A stretch of DNA of 64,000 bases from the human T2T-CHM13v2.0 reference genome, Homo sapiens. The stretch lies in the NCBI RefSeq assembly GCF_009914755.1, contig NC_060929.1. The stretch is one strand, 5' to 3'. Below the pieces are notes generated by a model, which had not been told where the DNA came from, did no database searches, and was given only the letters and a program-made list of their open reading frames with translations. Both the position numbers and the translations under genes were made by a program. How positions within the stretch are numbered: the first letter of the stretch is position 1; each line of letters starts with the position of its first letter. This document shows, piece after piece, positions 17,156 to 31,810 of the stretch.

Positions 17156-17566
17156 ATAAGACCAACTACATAATTTACAAAGCCCAGGGCAAAATAAAAA
17201 TGCAGCCTCTCATTCAGAAATTATCAAGAACTTCAAGAGGGTGAGAGCACAGCATCAAATCAAGAGCAGGGCACTTCTTTTTTATTTTAATTTTTCCATA
17301 AGTTATTGGGGTACAGGTGGTATTTGATTACATGAGTAAGTTCTTTAATGGTGATTTGTGAGATTTTGGTGCACTCATCACTCGAGTAGTATACACTGCA
17401 CCCTATTTGTAGTCTTTTATCCTTCGTCCCCCTCTCATCCTTCCCCCTAAGTCCCCAAAGTCCATTGTATCATTCTTAAGAGCAGGCCACTTCTAAATCT
17501 GGGGCCCTTCTAAGTGCAGGGCCCTATGTGACTGCACGGGTTGCTGGCCCATGAATCTAATCCTGC
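17156..17566. mobile_element. MER45-like hAT DNA transposon remnant interrupted by an L1
   Basis: ctacataatttacaaagcccagggcaaaataaaaatgc and cccttctaagtgcagggccctatgtgactgcac resemble the recalled MER45 consensus. Confidence 0.55.
17279..17477 (-). mobile_element. L1PB-like 3' end fragment with 17-bp TSD
   Basis: L1PB 3'UTR-like sequence; TSD aagagcagg(g/c)cacttct at 17262-17278 and 17478-17494. Confidence 0.8.
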
Positions 17567-18079
17567 CCGGGAGGCAATGGTGGTAAAAGCTTTAGAATCC
17601 TGTAGGCTTGGGTTAGAGTCTTAGCTCTGCAAGTTACTCTTTTGGAGGAAGAAATATATGAAAAAGCGGACACAGGAGCTTATTAGATTGTGAGGAGCAC
17701 ATTAGTTTGATGGGTCCCAGGAGAAGGAGCCAACATTTCTGTATTCCACTTAAGTGCTGAGAACGGTGCTTTGTACCTAAAAAAATTTTTTAATTAAGAC
17801 ATAATTCACATGCAATAAAATTAACTCTTCAAAAGTATACAATCCAGTGGTTTCTAGTACACTCACAAAGTTATACAACTATCACTGCTCTCTAATTCCA
17901 CAATATTTTCATCACCCAAGAAACACCATATCTATTAGCGGTATCTATTAGCAGTCACTTCCCATTCCCTCCTGCCTTAGTTTCTGGCAACCACTAAACT
18001 ACTTTTTGTCTCTATGGATTTGCCTATTCTGGACATTTCATATAAATTAAAAACAATATATGGCTTTTTGTGTTTGACT

Positions 18080-18362
18080 TTTTTTTTTTTTTTTGAGACG
18101 GAGTCTCGCTGTTACCTAGGCTGGAGTGCAGTGACTCACTGTAACCTCTGTCTCCTGGGTTCAAATGATTCTCCTGCCTCAGCCTCCCTAGTAGCTGGGA
18201 CTACAGGTGCCCGCCACCATGCCCGGCTTATTTTTTGTATTTTTAGTAGAGACGGGGTTTCACCATGTTGGTCAGGCTGGTCTCGATCTCCTGACCTCGT
18301 GATCCACCCGCCTCGGCTTCCCAGAGTGCTAGGATTACAGGCGTGAGCCACCGCACCCGGCC
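18080..18362 (-). mobile_element. Alu within an old L1M fragment (about 17785-18445)
   Basis: Alu consensus in reverse orientation; flanks resemble L1M 3' sequence. Confidence 0.85.
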
Positions 18363-18899
18363 TTCTAAGGGTTTTATAGTTTTAGTTCTTACATTTAGGT
18401 CGTTGATCCATATTTAGTTAATTTTTGCATATGGTGTGAGGAAGGAAGTGTATAATTTTAATTCCTGCTTAGCCTGACGATAATCATGTGACCCTTGGTA
18501 AGTTCTTGCACCTAAGTCTCAATTTCCTTATTTGTAAAGTGAGAATAACAAATGGTAGCTAAATCATAAGATTACAGTGAAGATAGAAAATTTACGTAGA
18601 GCATTTATCACACTGCTTGAAGCATCCTAACTACTCGATAAATGCGGTCGGTGTTACAGTTATAACATGAGCGATGAATGCGTGCTTCCACAGTGGAGTG
18701 CCAGAAAGACCGGCAGCATTTCTGAGAAGGTAAACGGGAGGAAGTAGGCTTGCTTAGTCCACTTGGAGAAGCAGGTCTGGGATTGTTGTGAGAGTCTCTG
18801 CCCTAGGTAGACCACTGCCTCATGATCCCCTCTAGAGATTGGTAAAAATTCGAATTCTCGGGCCCCATCAGAACTACTGAAAAGAGCCTCCTGTGAGCA

Positions 18900-19500
18900 C
18901 AGGGCTCGCAGTAAGTGGGGGTGACGGTGGTCGCGCCGGCAGCGCCGCCTTGGGCCTGCGGGAGGCGCCCGAGAGGCAGGGGCGACCACGGCGGCTGCGC
19001 AGAGTCCTCCCTATGCCGGCGGTCGCACCAGCGGGATCCGCCTGGCTCAGCTGACAGCTCCCGAGAACGGAAGAGGCGGCGCGCCGGTTGAGCAGGGCGT
19101 TTCTAGGCCTGGTCGGCTGGCGGCGGTGAGTGGGCCCCAGGCAAGGGCGGAGGGCGGAACTTTGGGGTTCGGCACTGCCGGGCGGCCGGAAGGTACGGTG
19201 GGGATAGCTCTCTGGGCGCGCGAGGCAGAGAAGGGGACCGGGCTGGGACTGTACACTGGGCCTCAGTCCCTCAAATCCGGGACCGGGCGTCCGCAGCTCG
19301 GCTGGCCGGGACTCCCTTCGGGACGCTGAGGAGGAAGGGGAAGGTGTGGGCCCTGCTCCTTCGGGACGCCCCAGGCTGGCCAGCAGCTCACACATCCGCA
19401 TTGCGCCCTCTGATCCCAGCGTTGGGGCGGATAGCTAGCGTTGGGCCTGCCCCTGTTTTGGGGCAGTCGCCCAAACGACGCCGCACGCCTAGTGGCGAGC
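18900..19500 (+). promoter_or_regulatory. RNF14: CpG island / RNF14 main promoter and non-coding first exon (donor GCG|GTGAGT after 19125; alternative AAG|GTACGG after 19192)
   Basis: Dense CpG; ETS-like CGGAAG and GC-box (GGGCGG) motifs; consensus donor. Confidence 0.85.
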
Positions 19501-20661
19501 TGAACCCAGACTAGGACACCCGAAGACCAAATGGATAGAGTGAGAAGGAAATGGGGGTTAGCAACCTGAATTGAGGTACTGGATTCCAAGTGACAGCTTC
19601 ACAAGCTGAAATCTTGTAGGGTAGGTCATGAGGAACTGTTGAAACTGCTTGGAGTAGAAGTTCTTAGCCCTGGCTGCATATTGGAATCACCTGGAGAACT
19701 TGGAAAACTACTGAGGCCTGAATTAATTGTTCTAGGGTGTGGCCTGGGTATTGAGATTTTAAAAAACAGCTCCTCAGAAGATTCTAATGTGCAGTCAGAT
19801 GGAGAACACTAACCTAAAACCATAAACTGCATGAATGAATCTCTCATCCCATTTGCAAATGTTTTAACAGGAAGAAACAAAAAGCTTAATTCAATTAGCA
19901 CCATATACTCCCACCTAGTAAAATAAGACAATGTGAAAGGACCTAATACAGTACATAGTAGGTGCTCAATTAATGTAAATTGATTCTGAATCTCATTCTT
20001 ATCTCATTTGGGAGTTACACATCCGAGAATCTGGTTTTTAATTATGGTTTTGTATATAGTATTTTTGCATATAATTTTAGGGTGTTGATAGGATTCTCCG
20101 TAGCCCATCTATAGACCACACTCCCTTTTCCCCTCACCCCAGTGAAGAAGCCTAGCTCTAAAGCATTTAGAATAAAACTTAAAAGTTTGTGTTTGTGTAC
20201 TCTTGTTTTGTTTAAGTATTTTTCTGTTACCAAAATTAACCTTGAGTGCCACTGGCAGGCTTAATTCATGAACAAGAGAGGAAAAACTGGAGGGGAGTGG
20301 CAAATGAAGGAATACAAGAAGCAGAAGAGGAAAGGAGAAAAAAACAAAACAAAAAACAAACTGAAGAGATTGTTTGTTATGGGGCATGGTGTCCTGTACT
20401 TTCATATGACCTTGGTGTTCCTCCTTAGCTCCTCCCATAGCTGAGGGCAGACAGATAAAAAGTCCTCAGTCATTGCTGGGGACATGCAAATACTCCTTTA
20501 ACCACATGGCTCAGTTAGCCTGCCCTAGGAGAGTAACATGCACTTGTAGATTAGGATTGGCTATATGTTAGGATATGTTTGACTTAAGCAGTGATCATGG
20601 AAATTCAGAATTTTAATTTGGAGAGGGTCCTAACACCATCTTTTGTATTTCTTTTCTGCAG

Positions 20662-20835
20662 ATGGCAGGATTTTCATAATATATGTAGTATGAGTTCCAC
20701 ATCTTGGCCTCTTACCCAGCTTCAGCAGTCTCAGCTCCACCAGTTAGAGAATAAATGGGATTTGCATGAACTCCACTCTGAGCTGAAATACAGACTGCGG
20801 TGTTAATATCCTTTTCTTCTGATTGTTATTAACAG
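20662..20835 (+). other. RNF14: RNF14 non-coding 5'UTR exon (174 bp)
   Basis: ttttgtatttcttttctgcag| acceptor and CAG|GTACT donor between the CpG island and the first coding exon. Confidence 0.75.
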
Positions 20836-21190
20836 GTACTAACTGACCTCAAGTAGAACATGTAATTGTGTCTTAGATAGGGATGCAGCTTAAGCAGAGC
20901 CATGAACTAACATCTCCTAGAAAAAAAGTGTTTTTTGAAAATGAAATCATTTTTAATTTCATAGTATGACCTTTTAAAATGTAAAAAATCCTAACTTTTT
21001 ACTTATGTACATTTTAATTAAAAATATTTTAGTTGTGAGGGAGGATATTTGCAAATGCAATTGTAGTTCAATATTTTAATTGACTGGTAGTTTTGTTTTA
21101 TTAAAATGATTTTTGTAAATTCTCATTGCATATTTTTTTCACATTTAAATTATCTGAAATTGCTGTATCTTTCAGTTGATGCTATTTTAA

Positions 21191-21894
<704 letters not shown>

Positions 21895-21996
21895 TAGCTA
21901 AATTCTTAGTATTACCTAAAATAATGGTAAATCTTTCTTAAAATTATTATCTTTTAAATATTCTTGAGTCATAATGGTGAATCTTTAAATTGGTGA

Positions 21997-22864
<868 letters not shown>

Positions 22865-23180
22865 TGACCACTTTTGCGAACCAGGCACATTGCTAGGTTC
22901 AGTGGACAAGTCAAAGTAAATTTGTGATTTGTCCTTTTCAAAGAAAATTTTCAAATTGTGCTTTTTTTCCTCTAATTCAGTCATAAAATATCTAACTGAT
23001 AAGATCAGGAATTAGAAGTACCACAACCATCCCTTTTGAAAAAGACTGTTAATATTGCAAAACTAATGGAATGCCAGATATGGCTGTCATTTTTGGTTTA
23101 GGAGAAAAGTGATAATATCGATTAATTCTTTGCAGTTGTTTTTTGTGCCATTAAGCTTTTTCCACCTCTGTGCATTTTCT

Positions 23181-23480
23181 TTTCTTTTTTTTTTTTTTGA
23201 AACGGAGTTTCACTCTTGTCGCCCAGGCTGGAGTGCAGTGGCGTGATGTTGGCTCACTGCAGTCTCCACCTCCCGGTTCAAGCGATTCTCCTGTCTCAGC
23301 CTCCCAAGTAGCTGGGATTACAGGCACCTGCCACCACGCCTGGCTAATTTTTGTATTTTTAGCAGAGATGGGGTTTCACCATGTTGGCCAGGCTAGTCTT
23401 GAACTCCTGACCTCAGGTGATCCGCCCGCCTCGGCCTCCCAAAGTGTTGGGATTACAGGTGTGAGCCACCACACCCGGCC
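23181..23480 (-). mobile_element. Alu with TSD cctctgtgcattttct, ending 45 bp before the RNF14 start exon
   Basis: Full dimer; TSD at 23165-23180 and 23483-23498. Confidence 0.9.
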
Positions 23481-23531
23481 AGCCTCTGTGCATTTTCTGT
23501 TCTTAACTGATTTTAATGTTTTCAGGTCCTT

Positions 23532-23685
23532 ATGTCGTCAGAAGATCGAGAAGCTCAGGAGGATGAATTGCTGGCCCTGGCAAGTATTTACGATGGAGAT
23601 GAATTTAGAAAAGCAGAGTCTGTCCAAGGTGGAGAAACCAGGATCTATTTGGATTTGCCACAGAATTTCAAGATATTTGTGAGCG
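23532..23685 (+). CDS. RNF14: RNF14 coding exon 1 ([25 protein letters not shown]...; start of RWD domain)
   Basis: ttcag|GTCCTT ATG; donor GCG|GTTAG; 154 coding nt; recognisable RNF14/ARA54 N-terminus. Confidence 0.95.
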
Positions 23686-24746
23686 GTTAGTTAATAATTT
23701 CTTAAACAGATTTTTCTATTATTCTTTATTTCTTAGTGTACCTTAAACTATTTGTCATTTTGTGTTTTAGGCATTAGTGATAGGTGGTAGTATTACAGAG
23801 GTAATGCATGTTTCTGTTTTAAATGAAAATTGCAATGAGGGGCAAGCAGTTTTCAATTTGATTCTACCTTTTTGATCACTGAAGAGGGATATTATCCTGC
23901 ATATTTCATACATCCTGGTCTGCTAACTAGCAGTTTATCAGCCATGAGTCATTGGCTGTTACATAGCAGTAATCAAAGAGAAAATGAATGTATGTGAAAA
24001 CGCTTAGAAATTTTCAAGTACAGTGGTGGTGGTTAATACTATTTGGTTTCCAGAATCATTTCAACTACTATAAACATATGACACATGCTATTACTCTGTG
24101 ACCTTTTGCTTCAGAAAAAACAAAACTGCTGCTTTTGATACAGACATTTACAGAAGACTTTGATGCACACTTTCTCAAAATGTTTCTACTATAAAGGGAT
24201 TGAGTAAGGAAAGTAAGTGTGGTAATTTAAATGAAACTTTGATTGTGAGAGTGTTGTGTGCTATATTATATCCTCAAACCTGAGATCATTGTGTTGGCAC
24301 AAATTTTCCCAACTGATTCATGGGTAGTTGGGACATGCTGGTCTAAGTGGGACATGCTGGTCTAAGTAGGTCATGCTGTTCAATGGAAATGAACATCCTT
24401 TCTCTAGATTGTGTCTTCAATCATCCACTGTAAACCAAACCACAACAAAACAAACATTGTGTGTTCCTTGGTCATTAGTGTTAGGAATTGTACCCAGAAG
24501 TGTATACAAGAATAAGTTGTAGTATTTTCATTATACATTTCATGGTGCTGTAGATTTTTCAAGGGCTTACAAGATTTTTTTTTAAGGTGGTGGCTACGAA
24601 GTTAAAATTAAGAAATAGAAAGTGCTTTGGGGGAGGGTTTTTATTCCCTCAACTAAAGCATTAAGTCTTTCTTGAGCGCTGCTCAACAGTAGTGGACACT
24701 CAAGTGTTGACCAACTGATCCTTTCTAATCTTTGTTTTTGGTTCAG

Positions 24747-24898
24747 GCAATTCAAATGAGTGTCTCCAGAATAGTGGCTTTGAATACACCATTTGCTTTC
24801 TGCCTCCACTTGTGCTGAACTTTGAACTGCCACCAGATTATCCATCCTCTTCCCCACCTTCATTCACACTTAGTGGCAAATGGCTGTCACCAACTCAG
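24747..24898 (+). CDS. RNF14: RNF14 coding exon 2 (RWD; LPPLVLNFELPPDYPSSSPP)
   Basis: AG/GT boundaries; 152 nt; phase-consistent; RWD YPxxxP motif. Confidence 0.95.
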
Positions 24899-25659
24899 GT
24901 TAGACTTGAAACTTAATTTTTCCTATCCATTTTTAGAAACTTAAAAATCACCTTTAATTGAAGACTATCTTAAAGATCTTGAATTCAGTGCATGAAAAAC
25001 AAATGGCTTTGGTTTTGTAATTTTTTTCCCTTGCCTTGGTGAATCCTGATGTTAAGAAATTGAAAATGTTTGGTGTTTTAAAAAGGAATGGCAGTAATTA
25101 AAACAATCATGAATTGTAGTAGGAGTAATTTTTAATCAAGTATATTATTTCTTTTCTTGTCTTGCTATTTTCCTGTTTAATCTGTATTATAATGGAGACT
25201 AAGAGGTCTTCCTCATTTTCCTTAGACATTGATACTACTTTTCTCTTAGTTTCTTATCCATTCCTTAAATGAAAGATTCCATTGTAATTAGGACTAAAAA
25301 TTGAGCTAATGTAGTTATAATAAGCAAATTTTCTGAGTGAATACAATAACTGATTTTCTTTGTAAAAATCTGTATTAATAACAAATAACAGTCAACTGGT
25401 ATCACGTAGACATAAATGCATACAAGTAGAAATGTGTATAGTTCCTGTAGATATCTCAGTAAGGCTTGAGGCCTTATGTTAAGCACCTCATTTCCTCTGG
25501 GTTATATATACTTTTCTAGTAACAACCTCAACTCTTGATTGAGACATAAATATGGCTTGAAGCTAAATATAAATAATATAAAGCATTCTGGGAGAGATAA
25601 TGAATCAGCAGCTGCTTTTCTAGAAGTCATAATGAAGATCAATAGACTAATGTGTATTA

Positions 25660-25899
<240 letters not shown>

Positions 25900-26598
25900 T
25901 CAGAGTTGCTGACCTCAAGGAATAGCTCATTAGTTTTTCTCTTTGGATCATACAGTTTTCATTTCCCCATCCACCAATCTAATCTTTTAAGTGAGAGTAC
26001 TTTCACAAACTAGAGCTTATGGCTTAAAAGCAAAATTAAACCTTAAAAAGGATAACACAGGTAGAATAAAAAGGAGTATTACTTTACATTCTAATGTCTG
26101 TGCCAGAGGCAACAGATGCAAGACAGTTGATTTGTCCAGGAATATCAAGACTGTTTGGCATTTAGGCCACTGATAGTTGGCTTAATTATTTAGATCTTCA
26201 TAGTCCTATTTCACCAGAGAGCTTTTCATACTTTACATCCACGCATGTGCGTGCATGCACGTGCATGCACACACACGCACAAAACAGGGACAGATTAACT
26301 GGATGCGTGGTTGTGGTTTCAGATCCCAGCCAACCAGCATCTACTTAATGCTGGATTTGGGGGCGGAGGTGTGTGCTGGGGAAGAGAGTTGTTTTATGTG
26401 TTACAGCTAAAATTACAGTAGAATTCTTAATCAAATAAATGTTTATGCATATAATTAACATTTTAATTGGTCTCTTATATTCCTTCTTGGTTCAGTTCTT
26501 GTTTGTTGCTGTACCCTGATTCCTTGGCATTATGACTCTCACCTGTTAATGGTGAAATTGACACATAGAGCTGTCATTCCCTGAATTGGGGCGGGTAG

Positions 26599-27096
<498 letters not shown>

Positions 27097-28234
27097 TAGC
27101 TCACACAGCACTCATAGCTTCCCTTTTAGTATTTATCACATTTTACAGATGTTAGCAGATTTCTCAAAAGCATGGTTGATTTATAAGGATATTTATGCAA
27201 ATGTGAAAAATCATTAGTTGTTCAATCTTAACTCATCAATAAGTATTTAAGGTAGTACCTATGCAGGGTTTAGTCAGTGGCACTACACAGAGTGTAAGAA
27301 ACAGAAAATCTGGTCCCTTTTCATTTGTCATTTAAATTTACAAAATTTGTTTGCCATCTGGAAGGCATATTTTTGGATGTTTACCTAAAAAAGAAAAGCT
27401 GCTTATAATTCCTGTGCTCTAGTTAAAAATATTTTATATTTCTAATGGAAAATCCTCCAACATTTGCCTTTCAAATTGAACAGACCACTTTTAAAGAGGA
27501 AAATTCCAAATAATTTAATTTTGGTTGCTTAGCTTAGGAAGTGTAAGCTTTCTCTATGGCTGCCAAACCTTGCTGAGGGCTTGTGATTAGGACCAGGGTC
27601 AATATCAGGCAGCTTCCCTCCATTAACCAGGATCTGATATAAGCCCAGATTGCTTACTTAAAAGCAGCTTGTAAATCTGAACAAGGACTCTGAGGTTGAA
27701 TTCTGTTAGTGATTGTTTCAGATGAGTTGACTTTTTGATAAAACTGAAAGAATTAATTTTAAAACTTGGATAGTATTTTTAAACTATTCTTTTTCTAACC
27801 ATTATTCTAGGATACGAACAGGGCTAGGACTCCTAATGGAAGAAAAATAGTTTATTTTTAGAACTAGATCTCTTTGTCCTACATGAGGTATATGGCAGTA
27901 CTAAAAGATTAAAGAACAGAAAAAAGTCTTCCATTTCAGTGGCTAAAATGTACAGCTATTTCTCTACCTTACGGAGTCTTGCTATTTCTCTTCTTCTCAT
28001 GGTACTTCTTGCTTCTGACTTTATGTTCTACTCTGGCTCATGTTGCCGAATAGTTTAAGAAGTGCTCCAGTAAGAATGTTTGTACTGTTTTGTAGCACAG
28101 TGTATCACAGCAGTAAAAAATAGTGTTAGAATAAGGGCCTAACTTGCAAGTGGAAAAGATTTCTAGGGAAACCAGGAGTTGGCAGCAGCATCATCTTTCC
28201 AAACTCACCAACATCTTCATGTGTTTTCTCCTAG

Positions 28235-28762
28235 CTATCTGCTCTATGCAAGCACTTAGACAACCTATGGGAAGAACACCGTGGCAGCGTGGTCCTGTTT
28301 GCCTGGATGCAATTTCTTAAGGAAGAGACCCTAGCATACTTGAATATTGTCTCTCCTTTTGAGCTCAAGATTGGTTCTCAGAAAAAAGTGCAGAGAAGGA
28401 CAGCTCAAGCTTCTCCCAACACAGAGCTAGATTTTGGAGGAGCTGCTGGATCTGATGTAGACCAAGAGGAAATTGTGGATGAGAGAGCAGTGCAGGATGT
28501 GGAATCACTGTCAAATCTGATCCAGGAAATCTTGGACTTTGATCAAGCTCAGCAGATAAAATGCTTTAATAGTAAATTGTTCCTGTGCAGTATCTGTTTC
28601 TGTGAGAAGCTGGGTAGTGAATGCATGTACTTCTTGGAGTGCAGGCATGTGTACTGCAAAGCCTGTCTGAAGGACTACTTTGAAATCCAGATCAGAGATG
28701 GCCAGGTTCAATGCCTCAACTGCCCAGAACCAAAGTGCCCTTCGGTGGCCACTCCTGGTCAG
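28235..28762 (+). CDS. RNF14: RNF14 coding exon 3 (end of RWD; RING1 CSICF...CRHVYCKAC...CLNCPEPKC)
   Basis: ctag| acceptor and CAG|GTAAC donor; 528 nt; matches ORF 28289..28921. Confidence 0.96.
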
Positions 28763-29156
28763 GTAACTGTTTACCCTGCTGATGGTTGCCTCCTAATTCT
28801 CTTCCATAAATGGAGATATCATCTCAGGAACTTCCTTGATAGGGCTCATGGGGCAGTCCGAGGCCTTGGAGCCAGCCCACAAGTTGTTTTGCTGTATCCA
28901 TTAAAAATGCTATGGTCTTAGTCTACTGCTTAAGCAAATGGAATGCTTCCTTTGGCCTTGCAGTGGGCAAGGATGAGTGTTAAAGTAGTTATTAAGTAAT
29001 TGTGATAATTTACTTTGTATATCTGCTAGTAGGATCCCATAAACCTTGGGGAATCACTAGCTTATTCTTGTGTGAGGTTGGCATCTGAAGGGGACGTCTC
29101 TTAGAATGATTAACCAACTTTTTTATAGACTTCAGCAGAAGTACAGCCTACTTAGG

Positions 29157-29505
<349 letters not shown>

Positions 29506-29545
29506 TAATTTTACTTAAAATAAACTACACATTTAAATCATACAA

Positions 29546-29845
29546 GGCTAGCATGGTAGCTTACACCTATAATCCCAGCACTTTGGGAGGCCAAGATAGG
29601 AGGATCGCTTGAGGCTAGGGGTTTAAAACCAGCCTGTGCAAAATAGCATGACTCCATGTCTTAAAAAAAAAAAATCAGGCATGATGGCAAGTGCCTGTTG
29701 TCCTAGCTACTTGGGAAGCTGAGGTAGAGAATCATTTGAGCCCAGGAGTTCAAGGCTGCAGTGAGCTATGATTGCACCACTGCACTCCAGTCTGTACGAC
29801 AGAGTAAGACCCCATCTCTAAAGAAATAAAACTAAAATATAAAAT
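29546..29845 (+). mobile_element. Alu (AluJ-like)
   Basis: Diverged Alu dimer with A-rich tail. Confidence 0.85.
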
Positions 29846-30051
29846 AAATTGGACACTTTGCTTAGTTTTAACAAATGTGTAGACCCCTATAATTGTTATC
29901 TCAGTCAAAATGTACTTGGTTTGATTTTGAAGTGAAAGAGAGGTTTTAATTTATGTGCCCATCTGGTTTACACTAGCATCCTAAGAATCGCCTCAGGTTC
30001 AGAACTGGTTGTGGAATCATCAAACCTATGGTGTTTTGTATTTCCCTCCAG

Positions 30052-30280
30052 GTCAAAGAGTTAGTGGAAGCAGAGTTATTTGCCCGTTATGACCGCCTTC
30101 TCCTCCAGTCCTCCTTGGACCTGATGGCAGATGTGGTGTACTGCCCCCGGCCGTGCTGCCAGCTGCCTGTGATGCAGGAACCTGGCTGCACCATGGGTAT
30201 CTGCTCCAGCTGCAATTTTGCCTTCTGTACTTTGTGCAGGTTGACCTACCATGGGGTCTCCCCATGTAAGGTGACTGCAG
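30052..30280 (+). CDS. RNF14: RNF14 coding exon 4 (IBR domain)
   Basis: ccag| acceptor and CAG|GTATGT donor; 229 nt; YCPRPCC...CSSCNFAFCTLCRLTYHGVSPC. Confidence 0.96.
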
Positions 30281-31510
30281 GTATGTTTTAACTGTGAACC
30301 CAAACCCCCATCCCCAGTCTCTCCCTCACATTTCACTCTACTACCAGGGCCTTATGACTTCATTCTTCAATTTGGAAGTATTCATTTAGCAGATATTTCT
30401 GTGTCAGTGACTATCTCAGGCCTTGGGGCTGTAGTAGTGACCAGAAGAGACAAAATGTCTGCCCTCATGGAACTCACATTCTACCAGGGGAGACAGGAAA
30501 ACAAAATAAGGATATTAGGTGGTGGTAAGTGCTGAAGAGGCAGAAGAAATAAAGCAAGGACAGGATATGAAATGTTCTGAAGGGGAGGGGACTTGGGATT
30601 TTAGTTAGGGAAAACAGGGGAGGCCTCACCGGCAAAATGGTTTAAGTAAGGACTTGAAGGAGGTAAGAAAAACCGTGCAGATACCAGGGAGGAACATTCC
30701 AGGAGAAGGAATGGCACAGGAAATTCTATATACAAACATGGAATAATGTAGATCCTGGATGGCCAATGCAGGGCATCTAAGCTGCCATTCTTGTCTCCAT
30801 GGCACATGTGTTTGACTAGTCATCAAATGCTTTCTCCTTGAGCCCAGAGAGGCCTCAGAATCTTCCTCAACATGGCACTTCGGAAAGCTACCCTCTGATG
30901 AAGTAGACACAGGAGTGAAATGTGTTTGCCGTTTCCAGTCTACGTAAGGAATCATAAATCAGGCCCTTAACGTCGATTTAATTGGACTTTGGTGGCTTAG
31001 TCTTCTTCAGACTAACAGGGATAATGATAACAGCTACCTCACAAAATTGCAGCTAGAGCAGATAACAATAACTTCACGGGGTTATTCTAAGGATGAAGGG
31101 AACGAATATCATGCTATTCAAAATTGTTATATTTGTTACACTGGTGTATAATATATAGAAATTGAGAGGGTTAGAAACTTTTATAGTGATTTCACATAAT
31201 TTTATGTCAAATCTAATAAAAATTTAGACTTTTTTTCATTTTTCTAATAATTGATTGTTAGCTGACTGTGGTGGTGCACACCTGTAGTTCTAGCTATTCA
31301 GAAGGCTACAGCAGGAGGATCTTTTGAGCCTCAGTTGAGACTAGCTTAGGCAACGTAGTGAGACTCTGCTTCTAAAAAAATTAAATCAAGCAAACCTGGT
31401 TATATCTTATAAAAGTGTTGATCTTTGACGTATCAGAGAAAAAATAAACTGGGCCTTTACCATAAATAGTTTGAGAAACAGTGGGCTAATACATGTAAAA
31501 TGCAGAATGG

Positions 31511-31810
31511 GGCTGGGCATAGTGGCTCACCTCTGTAATCTCAGCACTTTGGGAAGCCAAGGTGGGCGGATTGCTTGAGTCCAAGAGTTTGACACCATGG
31601 CAAAACCCCGTGTCTACAAAAAAATACAAAAATTAACGAGGTGTGGTGGTGCACATCTGTAGTCTCAGCCACTCAGGTTGCTGAGGCGGGAGGATCGCTT
31701 GAAACTGGGAGGTAGAGGCTGCAGTGAGCCAGATTGCACCACTGCACTCCAGCCTGGGGGACAGAGTGGGACCCTGTCTCAAAAAAAAAAAAAGAGGAAA
31801 AAGAAAAATA
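31511..31810 (+). mobile_element. Alu (a monomeric Alu fragment also lies at about 31259-31385)
   Basis: Alu consensus with A tail. Confidence 0.85.

Noticed and set aside
18660-19589. Minus-strand ORFs of 108-175 aa at the CpG island
   Set aside because: Expected from stop-codon depletion in GC-rich DNA; low complexity.
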